Below, piece after piece: positions 20,119 to 28,738 of a DNA stretch of 64,000 nt. The stretch comes from an uncultured delta proteobacterium. Its GTDB lineage: Bacteria; Myxococcota_A; Polyangia; Polyangiales; Polyangiaceae. Within the stretch, counting starts at the first letter, position 1; each line of letters opens with the position of its first letter. Location of the stretch: assembly GCA_963782055.1 (NCBI GenBank), contig CAWAIF010000003.1:5344001-5408000 (forward strand), written 5' to 3'. The position numbers and the translations under genes are program-made. The notes below the pieces were generated by a model. It was not told the DNA's origin. It ran no database searches and saw only the letters and a program-made list of their open reading frames with translations.

Positions 20119-20147
20119 AATATGTGCCTGATGGCATAGTCTGTCAA
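20119..20147 (-). promoter_or_regulatory. Sigma-70 promoter of the TA operon with overlapping imperfect palindrome
   Basis: TTGACA-17 bp-CATATT on minus strand; TATGCC-atca-GGCACATA. Confidence 0.7.
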
Positions 20148-20224
20148 GTGACTGCGCTTCGCGCTTCATCCATTCAACCCCGCGCTGCGGCCCAGGCCGC
20201 GCGCTCCACGAACGAGGTCCCCTC

Positions 20225-21028
20225 ATGGATTCATCGCTCGCCGAGCTGCGCGCTCGGCCGCACACGTCCGTCTCCCAGGTGAAGTGCTACCTGCAGTGCC
20301 CGCGGAAGTACTTCTACCAGTACATCCAGCGGGCCACGCCCGCGTTCCGGCCGCTCGCCCTGGTGTTCGGCACGGCGTGGCACGCCACCATCGGCGAGCA
20401 CCTGCTCCGGTCGCGTCCCGGGTCTCCCGTCCCCGTCGACGAGCTGCGCGCCCACCTGCGCGACGACATCGTCCGCGGCATCGAGGGTGACGGCGTGCCC
20501 GTCCTGTTCGAGGAAGAAGAACAAGACGCCGCCACGGTCGTCGACGTCGCCCTCTCGATGCTGGATGTATTTCTCGCCCGCGTCCCGCTCCCGGAGAAGG
20601 TGCACGGGGTGGAAGTACCTTTCAGCCTCGAGCTCGCACACCCCGTCACGGGGGAGATACATCCGCTGCCGCTCGTCGGCGCGATGGACGCGGTTGTAGA
20701 AATACAACACCACCCCGTCGTCTGGGAGCTCAAGACGGGGAAGAAGAAGTGGTCGGCGGACCAGCTGGACTGGGACCTGCAGCCGACGGCGTACGGGATG
20801 GCGGCGCGGGCGCTCGGCTACGGCGACGCGGGCGTGACGCTGGTTGTTACAACCAAGACGAGGAAGCCCGACGTGCAGGTAGAACAACTGGTCCGGCACC
20901 GGCGCGACGAGAGGGAGCTCGCGGAGGTGGCGCTCGCCGTGCATCACGCGGTGGAGGCCGGGGTGGAGTACCCGCTGCGGGGCTGGCAGTGCCGCACGTG
21001 CGGCTATGCGGACGTGTGCGGATCATGA
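20225..21028 (+). CDS. RecB/Cas4-like PD-(D/E)XK exonuclease with 4-Cys cluster
   Basis: SVSQVKCYLQCPRKY, GTAWH, GAMD, WELKTG, QPTAY, CRTCGYADVC. Confidence 0.85.
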   Translation: MDSSLAELRARPHTSVSQVKCYLQCPRKYFYQYIQRATPAFRPLALVFGTAWHATIGEHLLRSRPGSPVPVDELRAHLRDDIVRGIEGDGVPVLFEEEEQDAATVVDVALSMLDVFLARVPLPEKVHGVEVPFSLELAHPVTGEIHPLPLVGAMDAVVEIQHHPVVWELKTGKKKWSADQLDWDLQPTAYGMAARALGYGDAGVTLVVTTKTRKPDVQVEQLVRHRRDERELAEVALAVHHAVEAGVEYPLRGWQCRTCGYADVCGS

Positions 21029-21270
21029 GCTGGCCGAAGGAGGACATCTTCGCGGTCACGCTGGACGGCAAGGTGTTGCTCAACGCCCGCGCGCTCGACG
21101 GCGTGGACCTCGGCGAGCTCGCGAAGAAGAAGAACATCTTCGTCGGCGTTGTTCTGACCAAGCGGGAGGTGCGGAGCCTCAGCGAGTCCTTCTACGACGC
21201 CTCGTCGGAGGCGGCGGCGGTCATCGTGGGCGCGCGGCGGAAGAAGAAGCTCAACAAGAAGAAGAAGTAG
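21025..21270 (+). CDS. Small protein with Lys-rich tail
   Basis: ATGA coupling; ends RRKKKLNKKKK. Confidence 0.6.
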   Translation: MSWPKEDIFAVTLDGKVLLNARALDGVDLGELAKKKNIFVGVVLTKREVRSLSESFYDASSEAAAVIVGARRKKKLNKKKK

Positions 21271-21275
21271 AACCC

Positions 21276-21608
21276 CTACTTCTTCCGCGCCGCCGTCAGC
21301 TCCTTCACCAGCTTGCGCAGCGCGCCCGGCGGCAGTCCGCGCGTGAGCTCCAGGAGCTTCGCACGGTCACCTTCCCTTGGGTCGGCGACGAGGTCTGCGA
21401 CAAGGACGCCGAGCCCATCGGCGATGACCTTCAGGGTCGCGACCGTCGGCATGACCAGGCCCGCCTCGATGTTCGAGAGGTGGCCCTTCGAGCCCAGCTC
21501 CGAGGTGTACGCGAGCGCCTCCTGGGTCAGGCCCGCCTCCTCGCGCAGCGCCCGGATGCGCCGCCCGATGGTGAGGGCGAGAGCGTCCGGCTTGGTGCGG
21601 CGCGGCAT
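21276..21608 (-). CDS. XRE-family HTH regulator
   Basis: IGRRIRALREEAGLTQEALA..HLSNIEAG..PTVATL. Confidence 0.88.
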   Translation of the reverse strand: MPRRTKPDALALTIGRRIRALREEAGLTQEALAYTSELGSKGHLSNIEAGLVMPTVATLKVIADGLGVLVADLVADPREGDRAKLLELTRGLPPGALRKLVKELTAARKK

Positions 21609-22073
21609 GACGGTCGACCGTACGAGGGCAGGCACACGCCGTAGTTTGTCGTGACAAACCACTCCCAGCTGGCGACAATGAAAGGGACAACATCATGGTG
21701 AATCTCCCGCTCGGCATCCGCGCACTCGTACTAGTCCGACGCCACTCCGCGACCGCGACGGCCATGGGTCTGGCCACGCTCGTGCTCGTGACTCTCCCGG
21801 CCACGGGCTGCAAGAAGCTCCTTTCGAGGTTGTCGGAAGGGCACGCAGACGCCGGAGACGCGGGGCCGGTCGGGCCCGTCGTCGACTTCGTGGGAAGGTG
21901 CGCGAACGAGACTGCAGGCACCCCGGACACACTCGTCGCGGCGGCTCCCAGCTTGAAGTCGTGAATCACGGTCGCCGGACGGCCGAGGTGAGCCGGCGCT
22001 GCGCGCGGCCGCCGACGGCGCCACAAATCAATGCGAATCGCAGGACACCGAAAGGTTGCTTAGGAGGTGACAC

Positions 22074-22760
22074 GTGACGAGAAGTACGCCGATAGCACGA
22101 GCGCTGGTGGCTGCCGCCACTGGCCTACTCCTTCTGCCCGGCTGCGGAAAGTTGTCGAAAGCGGACGCGACGAGAACGCTGCAGGCTGGCGAGTATGACC
22201 ACGTCTACTGCTACATGCCGGACATGTCAGTGCACAGCGAGCCCGACGCACATGGCAGCGCCCGGTACTCGTTCGACACGAAGAACGTGAAGTGCCTGAA
22301 CGAACTCACGCGCGCTGGCCTGCTCAAGCAGGACGAATGTCTAAAGCATCACGACAGCGAGGCGGACCTCGCCCGCCTCAGAAGCCGCGGACTCCTGGAT
22401 GCAAACAACAAGCCGACCGTGGATGGGAATGCGACGCTGGACGAGGCCACGAGGGCTTACGTGAAAGAGGCAATAGAGCTTGCCGTGTCGTGCCTCTCGT
22501 ACGCATACATCCCCGGCGGCGGTGCGCGCGTTCACGAGCAAACCTTCGAGGTCGAGTGTGGCAGTGGAAAGGTCGACACCGTGAGCTCGGTAACGACCGC
22601 AGGGAGTACCGCGACCGCCAACTTCACCCTCACGGTGACGCGAAACGAGGCGCTATCGAGGTCGCTGCCGGATTGTTCGCTACACGACAAATATCACGAC
22701 GCCCAGCGCCGGCAGTTTCGTCGAGGCGCAGACGGCAAGTGGGAACTGGCCCCCGAGTAG
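22074..22760 (+). CDS. Lipoprotein
   Basis: AGGAGG RBS; lipobox LPGC. Confidence 0.7.
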   Translation: MTRSTPIARALVAAATGLLLLPGCGKLSKADATRTLQAGEYDHVYCYMPDMSVHSEPDAHGSARYSFDTKNVKCLNELTRAGLLKQDECLKHHDSEADLARLRSRGLLDANNKPTVDGNATLDEATRAYVKEAIELAVSCLSYAYIPGGGARVHEQTFEVECGSGKVDTVSSVTTAGSTATANFTLTVTRNEALSRSLPDCSLHDKYHDAQRRQFRRGADGKWELAPE

Positions 22761-22796
22761 ACGAGCGAACGCGTCCATGACTGAAGGAGAACGCCC

Positions 22797-23372
22797 ATGG
22801 CTTGTTGGTACGTTCAATATCCAGGTGCCGCGCCGGTTGGGCCCATCGATGCCGCCGAGCTTCGGGCGGCGTGGGGTCGGCAGGCCGCCCCGGCCGGTAC
22901 GATGGTGGCCGCCGAGGGGACTTCCCAGTGGGTGCCGTTTCACTCGGTCGCGGAACTTGTAGGAGCGGCCCCTGTAGTGGCAACGGCGGGCGTTTGCGGC
23001 CCGCCGAGAAAGCGCAACGCGGCAGTCCGCGCCGCGGGCGTCACCGCCGTCATCGGAGTCGCCGTGCTACTTATCGGCGGCGGCGCCTACTGGCTGTTTG
23101 TCGCCTCAACAATTGAGTTCGAGCGCGCCCAGACTCATGACTAGGACTGCCGCAAGCTTCGGGAGAGCCTGCGAGGCTTCAAGCTCACGGGGCCGTTGAG
23201 TGTCGCGGACGACTGCAGAGTCATGGGCGAGAACTGTGCGTTCACGAGCCCAGCGTCCTCTGCGGACGTGGTGAAGAAGTTTGCGTGCACGGACATCACC
23301 GCGAGCGATGGCTACTATTGCTGCACCGCAACGGAGAGCAAGTCGCGGCCAGATCGAGTAAGGGAAGAGTAG
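22797..23372 (+). pseudogene. GYF_2 (DUF4339)-like TM protein with in-frame TAG at 23142-23144
   Basis: WYV..VGPI..EL..GTMV..EG..W; TM helix; same frame continues after TAG as a Cys-rich domain to 23372. Confidence 0.6.
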
Positions 23373-23567
23373 CCGCCGCCGACCAGGCGGCGCCAAACTC
23401 TTTGTCGTCCCGAACCGCGATTCGCCCGCGAGAATTCGGGCCGCGCCAACCCCACGTGCTGAGCGACAATTACGTCTCCCCAGCGACGACGATTAGATCG
23501 CCCCATCCCGAGAGGCGTGGTTGGTCGGCCAGGCGCCGGCCCTCTCCGGGATGGAGAGGCGGTAGCC

Positions 23568-25061
23568 GTGCGGCCGGTGAGCGACGCGCAAGTGAGGAAG
23601 CTGATGGAGGAAATGAGCAAGCACGGGCAGGTCGGCCGTGCCGCCTTGAAGGCGGACATGGACCGAAAGACGGCCCGCAAGTACGTGTCGGCGGGCAAGC
23701 TGCCCTCCGAGATGGCGGCGCCGCATGACTGGCGCACGAGGCCCGATCCTTTCGAGGAGCACTGGCCGGAGGTCGAGCAGCGGCTGGTCGAGACACCCGA
23801 GCTCGAGGCCAAGACGCTCTTCGAGTGGCTGACGGACAGCTACCCCGGTCGCTACGAGCCGGGGCAGCTACGGACGATGCAGCGGCACGTGCGGGCATGG
23901 CGGGCGGAGCGCGGGCCCGACAAGCTCGTGGTGCTCGCGCAGGCGCACCGGCCGGGCGAGGCGGCGCAGACCGACTTCACGTGGGCGAAGGAGCTGTCGA
24001 TCACGATCGCCGGCGAGGTCTTCGCGCACATGCTCTGCGACTTCGTGCTGCCGTACTCCAACTGGCAGTGGGCCACCGTGTGCCAGAGCGAGTCGATGCT
24101 GGCGCTGCGCCGCGGGGTGCAGCGGGCGCTGTTCCAGCTCGGGCGCGTGCCGCGCTACCACCAGACGGACAACTCCACGGCGGCGACGCACGACGTGCCC
24201 CCGGGGACGCCGGGGGAGAGGCGGCGGTTCAACGACGAGTACCTCGCGTTGATGCGCCACTTCGGCATGACGCCCAGGACGATCGAGGTCGGCGAGAAGG
24301 AGCAAAACGGCGACGTCGAGGCGAGCAACGGCGCGCTCAAGCGGCGGCTCGAGCAAGCTCTGCTCGTGCGCGCGAGCCGCGACTTCGAGAGCGTCGAGGC
24401 GTACCAGGCCTTCATCGACGGCGTCGTGCACAAGGCCAACCAGGCGCGCGGCCGGCGCGTCGCCGAGGACCTCGAGGCGATGCGCGAGCTGTCGGCGACC
24501 AAGCTCCCCGAGTTCCGCGAGGAGCCGGTCAAGGTCAGCGAGTGGAGCACCGTGCGCGTCAAGGGCTGCGCCTACTCGGTGCCGTCGAGGCTCATCGGCG
24601 AGCTCGTCCGTGTCCGCATCTTCGAGGAGCGCATCGAGGTGAGGTACGCTGGCAAACTCGAGCTCGCTTGCGAGCGTCTTCGCGGCGACCATCGCCATCG
24701 CATCGACTACCGGCACGTCATCTGGTCGCTCGTGCAGAAGCCCGGCGGCTTCGCCAGGTACGTCTACCGCGAGGAGATGTTCCCGTCGCTCGTCTTCCGC
24801 AAGGCGTACGACGCCATCCAGTCGCACGACGCCGGCACGCGCGGCGACCTCGAGTACCTGCGCATCCTGCACGTGGCCGCGAGCACGATGGAGGCCGATG
24901 TCCAGGCGGCGCTCGAGCTGCTGCTCGCCGGTGGGCTCGCCGTGACCGCCGACGCCGTCAAGGCGGTCGTCGGCCCGGCCCGCATCGAGGTGCCCGCGCT
25001 CGCTCCGCACGTGGTGGACCTCGCGAGCTACGACACGCTGTTCGAGGAGGTGGGGACGTGA
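23568..25061 (+). CDS. istA: IS21 transposase
   Basis: PGEAAQTDFT, QTDN, NGDVE, YSVPSRLIG. Confidence 0.92.
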   Translation: MRPVSDAQVRKLMEEMSKHGQVGRAALKADMDRKTARKYVSAGKLPSEMAAPHDWRTRPDPFEEHWPEVEQRLVETPELEAKTLFEWLTDSYPGRYEPGQLRTMQRHVRAWRAERGPDKLVVLAQAHRPGEAAQTDFTWAKELSITIAGEVFAHMLCDFVLPYSNWQWATVCQSESMLALRRGVQRALFQLGRVPRYHQTDNSTAATHDVPPGTPGERRRFNDEYLALMRHFGMTPRTIEVGEKEQNGDVEASNGALKRRLEQALLVRASRDFESVEAYQAFIDGVVHKANQARGRRVAEDLEAMRELSATKLPEFREEPVKVSEWSTVRVKGCAYSVPSRLIGELVRVRIFEERIEVRYAGKLELACERLRGDHRHRIDYRHVIWSLVQKPGGFARYVYREEMFPSLVFRKAYDAIQSHDAGTRGDLEYLRILHVAASTMEADVQAALELLLAGGLAVTADAVKAVVGPARIEVPALAPHVVDLASYDTLFEEVGT

Positions 25062-25906
25062 GCGCCGTCGCCACCCCCGCATCGCCCGCCTCCTCACTCG
25101 CCATGATGCTGCGCGCGCTCAAGCTGCCCGCGTTCCAGCGCTACGGCGAGGAGGTGGCGCACAAGGCCGAGCGCGAGGGCTGGTCCTTCGGACAGTACCT
25201 GCTCCACCTCTCCGAGCTCGAGCTCCAGGAGCGTCGCCGCCGCCGCATCGAGCGCAACCAGAAGCACTCGGAGCTGCCGCTCGAGAAGACCCTCGCGACG
25301 CTCGATCGCGGGCGTCTGTCGCCCAAGGTCCAGAAGCTGCTCCCCGTCCTCTGCCAGGGCGGCTTCCTCGAGCGCGGCGACAACGTCCTCGCCTTCGGGC
25401 TGCCCGGCCGAGGCAAGACGCACCTGGTCTGCGCCATCGGCCACGAGCTGGTGCAGCGCGGCTACCGCGTGCTCTTCACCGCCACCTTCGCCCTCGTGCA
25501 GCGCCTGCTCGCCGCCAAGCGCGACCTGCGCCTCGAGCGCGAGCTGGACTCCCTCGACGGCTTCGATGCCGTCATCCTCGATGACCTCGGCTACGTGCAA
25601 CAGAGCCGCGAGGAGATGGAGGTCCTCTTCACCTTCCTCGCTCAGCGCTACGAGAGAAAGAGCGTGGTCATCACCAGCAACCTGGTCTTCAGCGAGTGGG
25701 ACCGCATCTTCAAGGACCCCATGACCACCGCCGCCGCCATCGACCGCCTCGTGCATCACTCGGTCATCCTGGAGATGACCGGCGGGAGCGTGAGGGCGGA
25801 TCAAGCGAAGAAGAGAGGAGCACCGACAGCCTCGACGACGACAACTACCCCAGCGACAACTACGAACGGAACGCAGTCAGGTAAGGACCTGGATGGGGAG
25901 ATGTAA
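25058..25906 (+). CDS. istB: IS21 AAA+ helper ATPase
   Basis: GLPGRGKTHL, LDDLGY, ITSN, AAIDRLVHH. Confidence 0.95.
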   Translation: MSAVATPASPASSLAMMLRALKLPAFQRYGEEVAHKAEREGWSFGQYLLHLSELELQERRRRRIERNQKHSELPLEKTLATLDRGRLSPKVQKLLPVLCQGGFLERGDNVLAFGLPGRGKTHLVCAIGHELVQRGYRVLFTATFALVQRLLAAKRDLRLERELDSLDGFDAVILDDLGYVQQSREEMEVLFTFLAQRYERKSVVITSNLVFSEWDRIFKDPMTTAAAIDRLVHHSVILEMTGGSVRADQAKKRGAPTASTTTTTPATTTNGTQSGKDLDGEM

Positions 25907-25966
25907 TTGTCGTTGAGGGGAGAACGTAGTTGACGTCAGCCACCCACGCTGCCGTACGCTGGGCTC

Positions 25967-26583
25967 GTGGACCCCATCGGCATCTTCCCGTTCGGCCGCC
26001 CCGTCCTGCCTCGGCCTCCCTCCGCGGCGACGAAGCGGCGAAGCGGCGGGTGTTTCTCCTGGGCGCCTACCCAAGCGCGCTGCACGTCGCGTGGCGCCCG
26101 CCTGCGCGCAAGCCCGTCAGGGCGATGGCGGTCGACAACGAGCCCACGCCGTTCTGGAACGGCGCGGATGAGGATGAGCGCATCGCCCAGTGGAAGGCTG
26201 CCGTCGGGTCCCGGGACGGAGAGTGGGGCGAGGTCACCGGCGTGGGCGACCTGAACGGCTCTTCGGGCACCTGGGTCGATGACAACGTGCTCGCTCCGCT
26301 CGGGGTGGGTCGGGACGCGGCGTGCATCACCGATTGCATCGACACGTACTTCGCCAGCGAGGGCGGCGCCGCCCGCGTGGCCGACACCTGCGTGCCGTTC
26401 GTGAAGACCGTCGGGCTACCGGTGCCGCGCCTCGCGCCGCACCCCTCGGAGGGCGCCATCGTCGACGGGGCGCCGCACGCGCTCCGGCTCCTCGACCTTG
26501 AGCTCGCGCAAGGGCACGTCGCCGTGCCAGAACGGGACCGAGGACTCCGCGGTGCCGCGCGCGTTCACGGCTTCCTCTGGTAG
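25967..26583 (+). pseudogene. Frameshifted, probably 3'-truncated UDG-fold-like protein
   Basis: FPFGRPV and VFLLGAYPSALH are in different frames and are joined if one copy of the tandem 8-mer at 26031-26046 is removed; family call from memory. Confidence 0.5.
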
Positions 26584-27404
26584 TGCCCCTGCTGGGGACC
26601 GCCCCCGTGAGGAAACCACGTGTCCAGGAAGCCGGAGACGCCCATGTACCACTCGACGCCGCCCGAATCGTCGCGCCATACCGCCTGCACGTCGTCCAGC
26701 GGAACACAGAGGTTGAGGCCGCTCCTCAGCCGGAAGTGAACGGCGTTGGCTTTCGCGCTGAAGTCGAGCAGCGTGACCGGTTCCGGCAACGTGCGCACAC
26801 CCGGCGCTTGGTGGACCACGCACACCTTGCTGTAGTGCTCGCCCGGGATGCTCTCCAAGAGGACGAGCACCCTCCGAACGTGGGCGTTCATATACATCGG
26901 CATGACCTCCGGCGTCAGGGGAACGTTGTCGTCATCCACGCGCACGTAGAACTGCCACGCGTTCGCGCCCTCGGGCTCGCCACTCCCATTGAGGGTGTAG
27001 AACTGCGCGCCGACGAGCGCGTTGGGGTAAGCCTCCACGTTCACAGCGAGCATCTCGCGCCCGTCCTTCCACGGGATGACGTGCGGCACGGCAACGGGGG
27101 ACGGCCTGCAACGGTCACGCGCAATGTGCTCGTATGCGCGCCGAATGTCCGCGATGCGGTCCGGGGCGAGCCCGGCGAGGTTGGGGCAGCGCGTGGCCGG
27201 ATTCTCGAACGCGCCGACGAGTAGGACGCCGCCGACGTGATTGGCCAGCGCGGCGACGTCCTTCGCCAGCTCCCACCAGTGCTGCGGTTTGACGTCGCCC
27301 TTGTAGTCGAGCGTCGGCCCCTCGCGCTCGTCGTGCGTCGCTTCGACCTGTGCGCGCGTCGTGATGCGCCGGTTGATGACGCCGGTTGTCACGCGCGGGC
27401 TCAC
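26565..27404 (-). CDS. AlbA_2 (Schlafen-like) domain protein
   Basis: EREGPTLDYK, LAKDVAALANHVGGVLLVG, FYVR; GTGA coupling to upstream gene. Confidence 0.8.
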   Translation of the reverse strand: MSPRVTTGVINRRITTRAQVEATHDEREGPTLDYKGDVKPQHWWELAKDVAALANHVGGVLLVGAFENPATRCPNLAGLAPDRIADIRRAYEHIARDRCRPSPVAVPHVIPWKDGREMLAVNVEAYPNALVGAQFYTLNGSGEPEGANAWQFYVRVDDDNVPLTPEVMPMYMNAHVRRVLVLLESIPGEHYSKVCVVHQAPGVRTLPEPVTLLDFSAKANAVHFRLRSGLNLCVPLDDVQAVWRDDSGGVEWYMGVSGFLDTWFPHGGGPQQGHYQRKP

Positions 27405-27697
27405 GGCTCGGGCTCCGCGTGGGCGCGGCGCTTCGGGCCGAGGTCCGTCACGACCCCCACAAGGTCGTCTTGGTTTGGCGAGTCGTCGAGCCCTTCGGCG
27501 AAGGTGAGGAACATCTCCCCCACCTCCCCGCACGCCTGCGGGGTCGTACTGCTCGCGAGAGTCCTGAAGTAGCAGGCGTTCGCGTCGGTACCGGCGGCGA
27601 CGGGTGCCGGGTTCGAACGCGTTGCAGGTCGTGCGGCCGGGCCGCTCGGCCGCGTCGTGCGGAGCTTGAAGGGTCGCGGTTGGTTGTTGCTGCTCAT
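27401..27697 (-). CDS. Hypothetical protein
   Basis: 4-nt overlaps at both ends. Confidence 0.5.
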   Translation of the reverse strand: MSSNNQPRPFKLRTTRPSGPAARPATRSNPAPVAAGTDANACYFRTLASSTTPQACGEVGEMFLTFAEGLDDSPNQDDLVGVVTDLGPKRRAHAEPEP

Positions 27698-28344
27698 GGT
27701 GTCGGCGTTCCTCCGTCTGTCGGCTTCCTCTCGAGTCTTCTCCCATCAATGTCAGGCGTCGGGGCTTGGTGCACAGCTGCCGACACCGCAACGCCGACCT
27801 GAAGCAGCGGGATGACGACGAGCGCAAGCGTGTAGATTTTGAGCCACTTGGTGTGGTCGTTGAGCGCCTTCGCGGCCGCGACCTGCTCGCTCGCGAGCGC
27901 AGTGGCGCGGTCGGCGATCTCCTTGCTGGCCTTCGCGATGGCCACTTGGTCTCGCGCGAGCCGCGCGGACTCTGCGTCGTTCGCGGCGCGGCGCGCCTCG
28001 AAGTACTCCTCGCGCGCGTCCTCGTACTCCGCTCGCGCTTCCTCCTCGGCTAGCCTCGCCTGCTCGCGACGATGCGGGAGCGCGGGCCCGTTCTCGTCGC
28101 TTGCGACGAGCGTCCTACCGCCCGCTGTTCGGAACCTCCCCGAGATAGGCTCGAAGCGGCTCGCGGCCAAATGCTCGCCCGCGGGCTGCGTGCGTGTACT
28201 CGTAACCCATCGGGCAAGCACGGCCCTCTCGTGTGCCGCTCGCGCATCGCGGAGCTTCCTCCGTGCCGCTTCATGGGCTTCGCGCGCCGTGCGCACGTCG
28301 CTCGTTGCCAGCTCCGGTTCCTTCGCCTCGAGCTCTTCGCTCAT
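27694..28344 (-). CDS. Coiled-coil protein with C-terminal TM helix
   Basis: ATG 28344; helical Ala/Glu/Arg-rich region; WLKIYTLALVVIPLLQVGVAV. Confidence 0.6.
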   Translation of the reverse strand: MSEELEAKEPELATSDVRTAREAHEAARRKLRDARAAHERAVLARWVTSTRTQPAGEHLAASRFEPISGRFRTAGGRTLVASDENGPALPHRREQARLAEEEARAEYEDAREEYFEARRAANDAESARLARDQVAIAKASKEIADRATALASEQVAAAKALNDHTKWLKIYTLALVVIPLLQVGVAVSAAVHQAPTPDIDGRRLERKPTDGGTPTP

Positions 28345-28526
28345 GGGCGCGCCTCGGGCGGCGTCGCCAGCGCGTCTACGGTGGCGGCGGCGAGCAGTGC
28401 GGCGCGGCGTTGGCGCTCGCCGTGAGGCTCCCACGCGTAGGCGTTGCTCGCGTCGAGCACGTCGGCCAGGAGCCGGCGCGCGGCGGTGCGGCGGTCGGCG
28501 TACGTGTGGGTCGGGGTCGTGTGCAT
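28341..28526 (-). CDS. Small hypothetical protein
   Basis: AGGAGGA upstream; stop overlaps next ATG. Confidence 0.45.
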   Translation of the reverse strand: MHTTPTHTYADRRTAARRLLADVLDASNAYAWEPHGERQRRAALLAAATVDALATPPEARP

Positions 28527-28738
28527 TGCGCAAGTATCCTAGTCCTCCTGCTGCGACTGAAAAAGCGACGCCAGTCCGCCGCACGAGGTCGGCGCGCCAC
28601 TCCGTCGGCACGTCGCCGGCTGCGGGCCAATGGAGGTTCCGCTGGCCCGCCCCTCCGCAAGTGCTAATGAGGAGCCGCCCCGCGTCGACGGTAATCGACC
28701 CGGGCGGGCTCTCAAGGGAGAGCGCCGGACCCAGGTAC

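Larger units (their letters stand above)
23457..25942 (+). mobile_element. IS21-family element, 2486 bp
   Basis: TG...CA ends, repeated terminal motifs (GACAATTACGTCTCCCC-like), 6-bp TSD CCCACG at 23451-23456 and 25943-25948. Confidence 0.9.

Noticed and set aside
20225..21028. Cas4 as part of CRISPR-Cas
   Set aside because: No cas1/cas2 and no repeat-spacer array seen anywhere in the window
21695..21964. Short lipoprotein-like ORF
   Set aside because: Looks truncated, with too little support to call
27839..28738. 300-aa N-terminal extension of the polymerase ORF
   Set aside because: Antisense to the minus-strand operon and low complexity; ATG 28739 preferred
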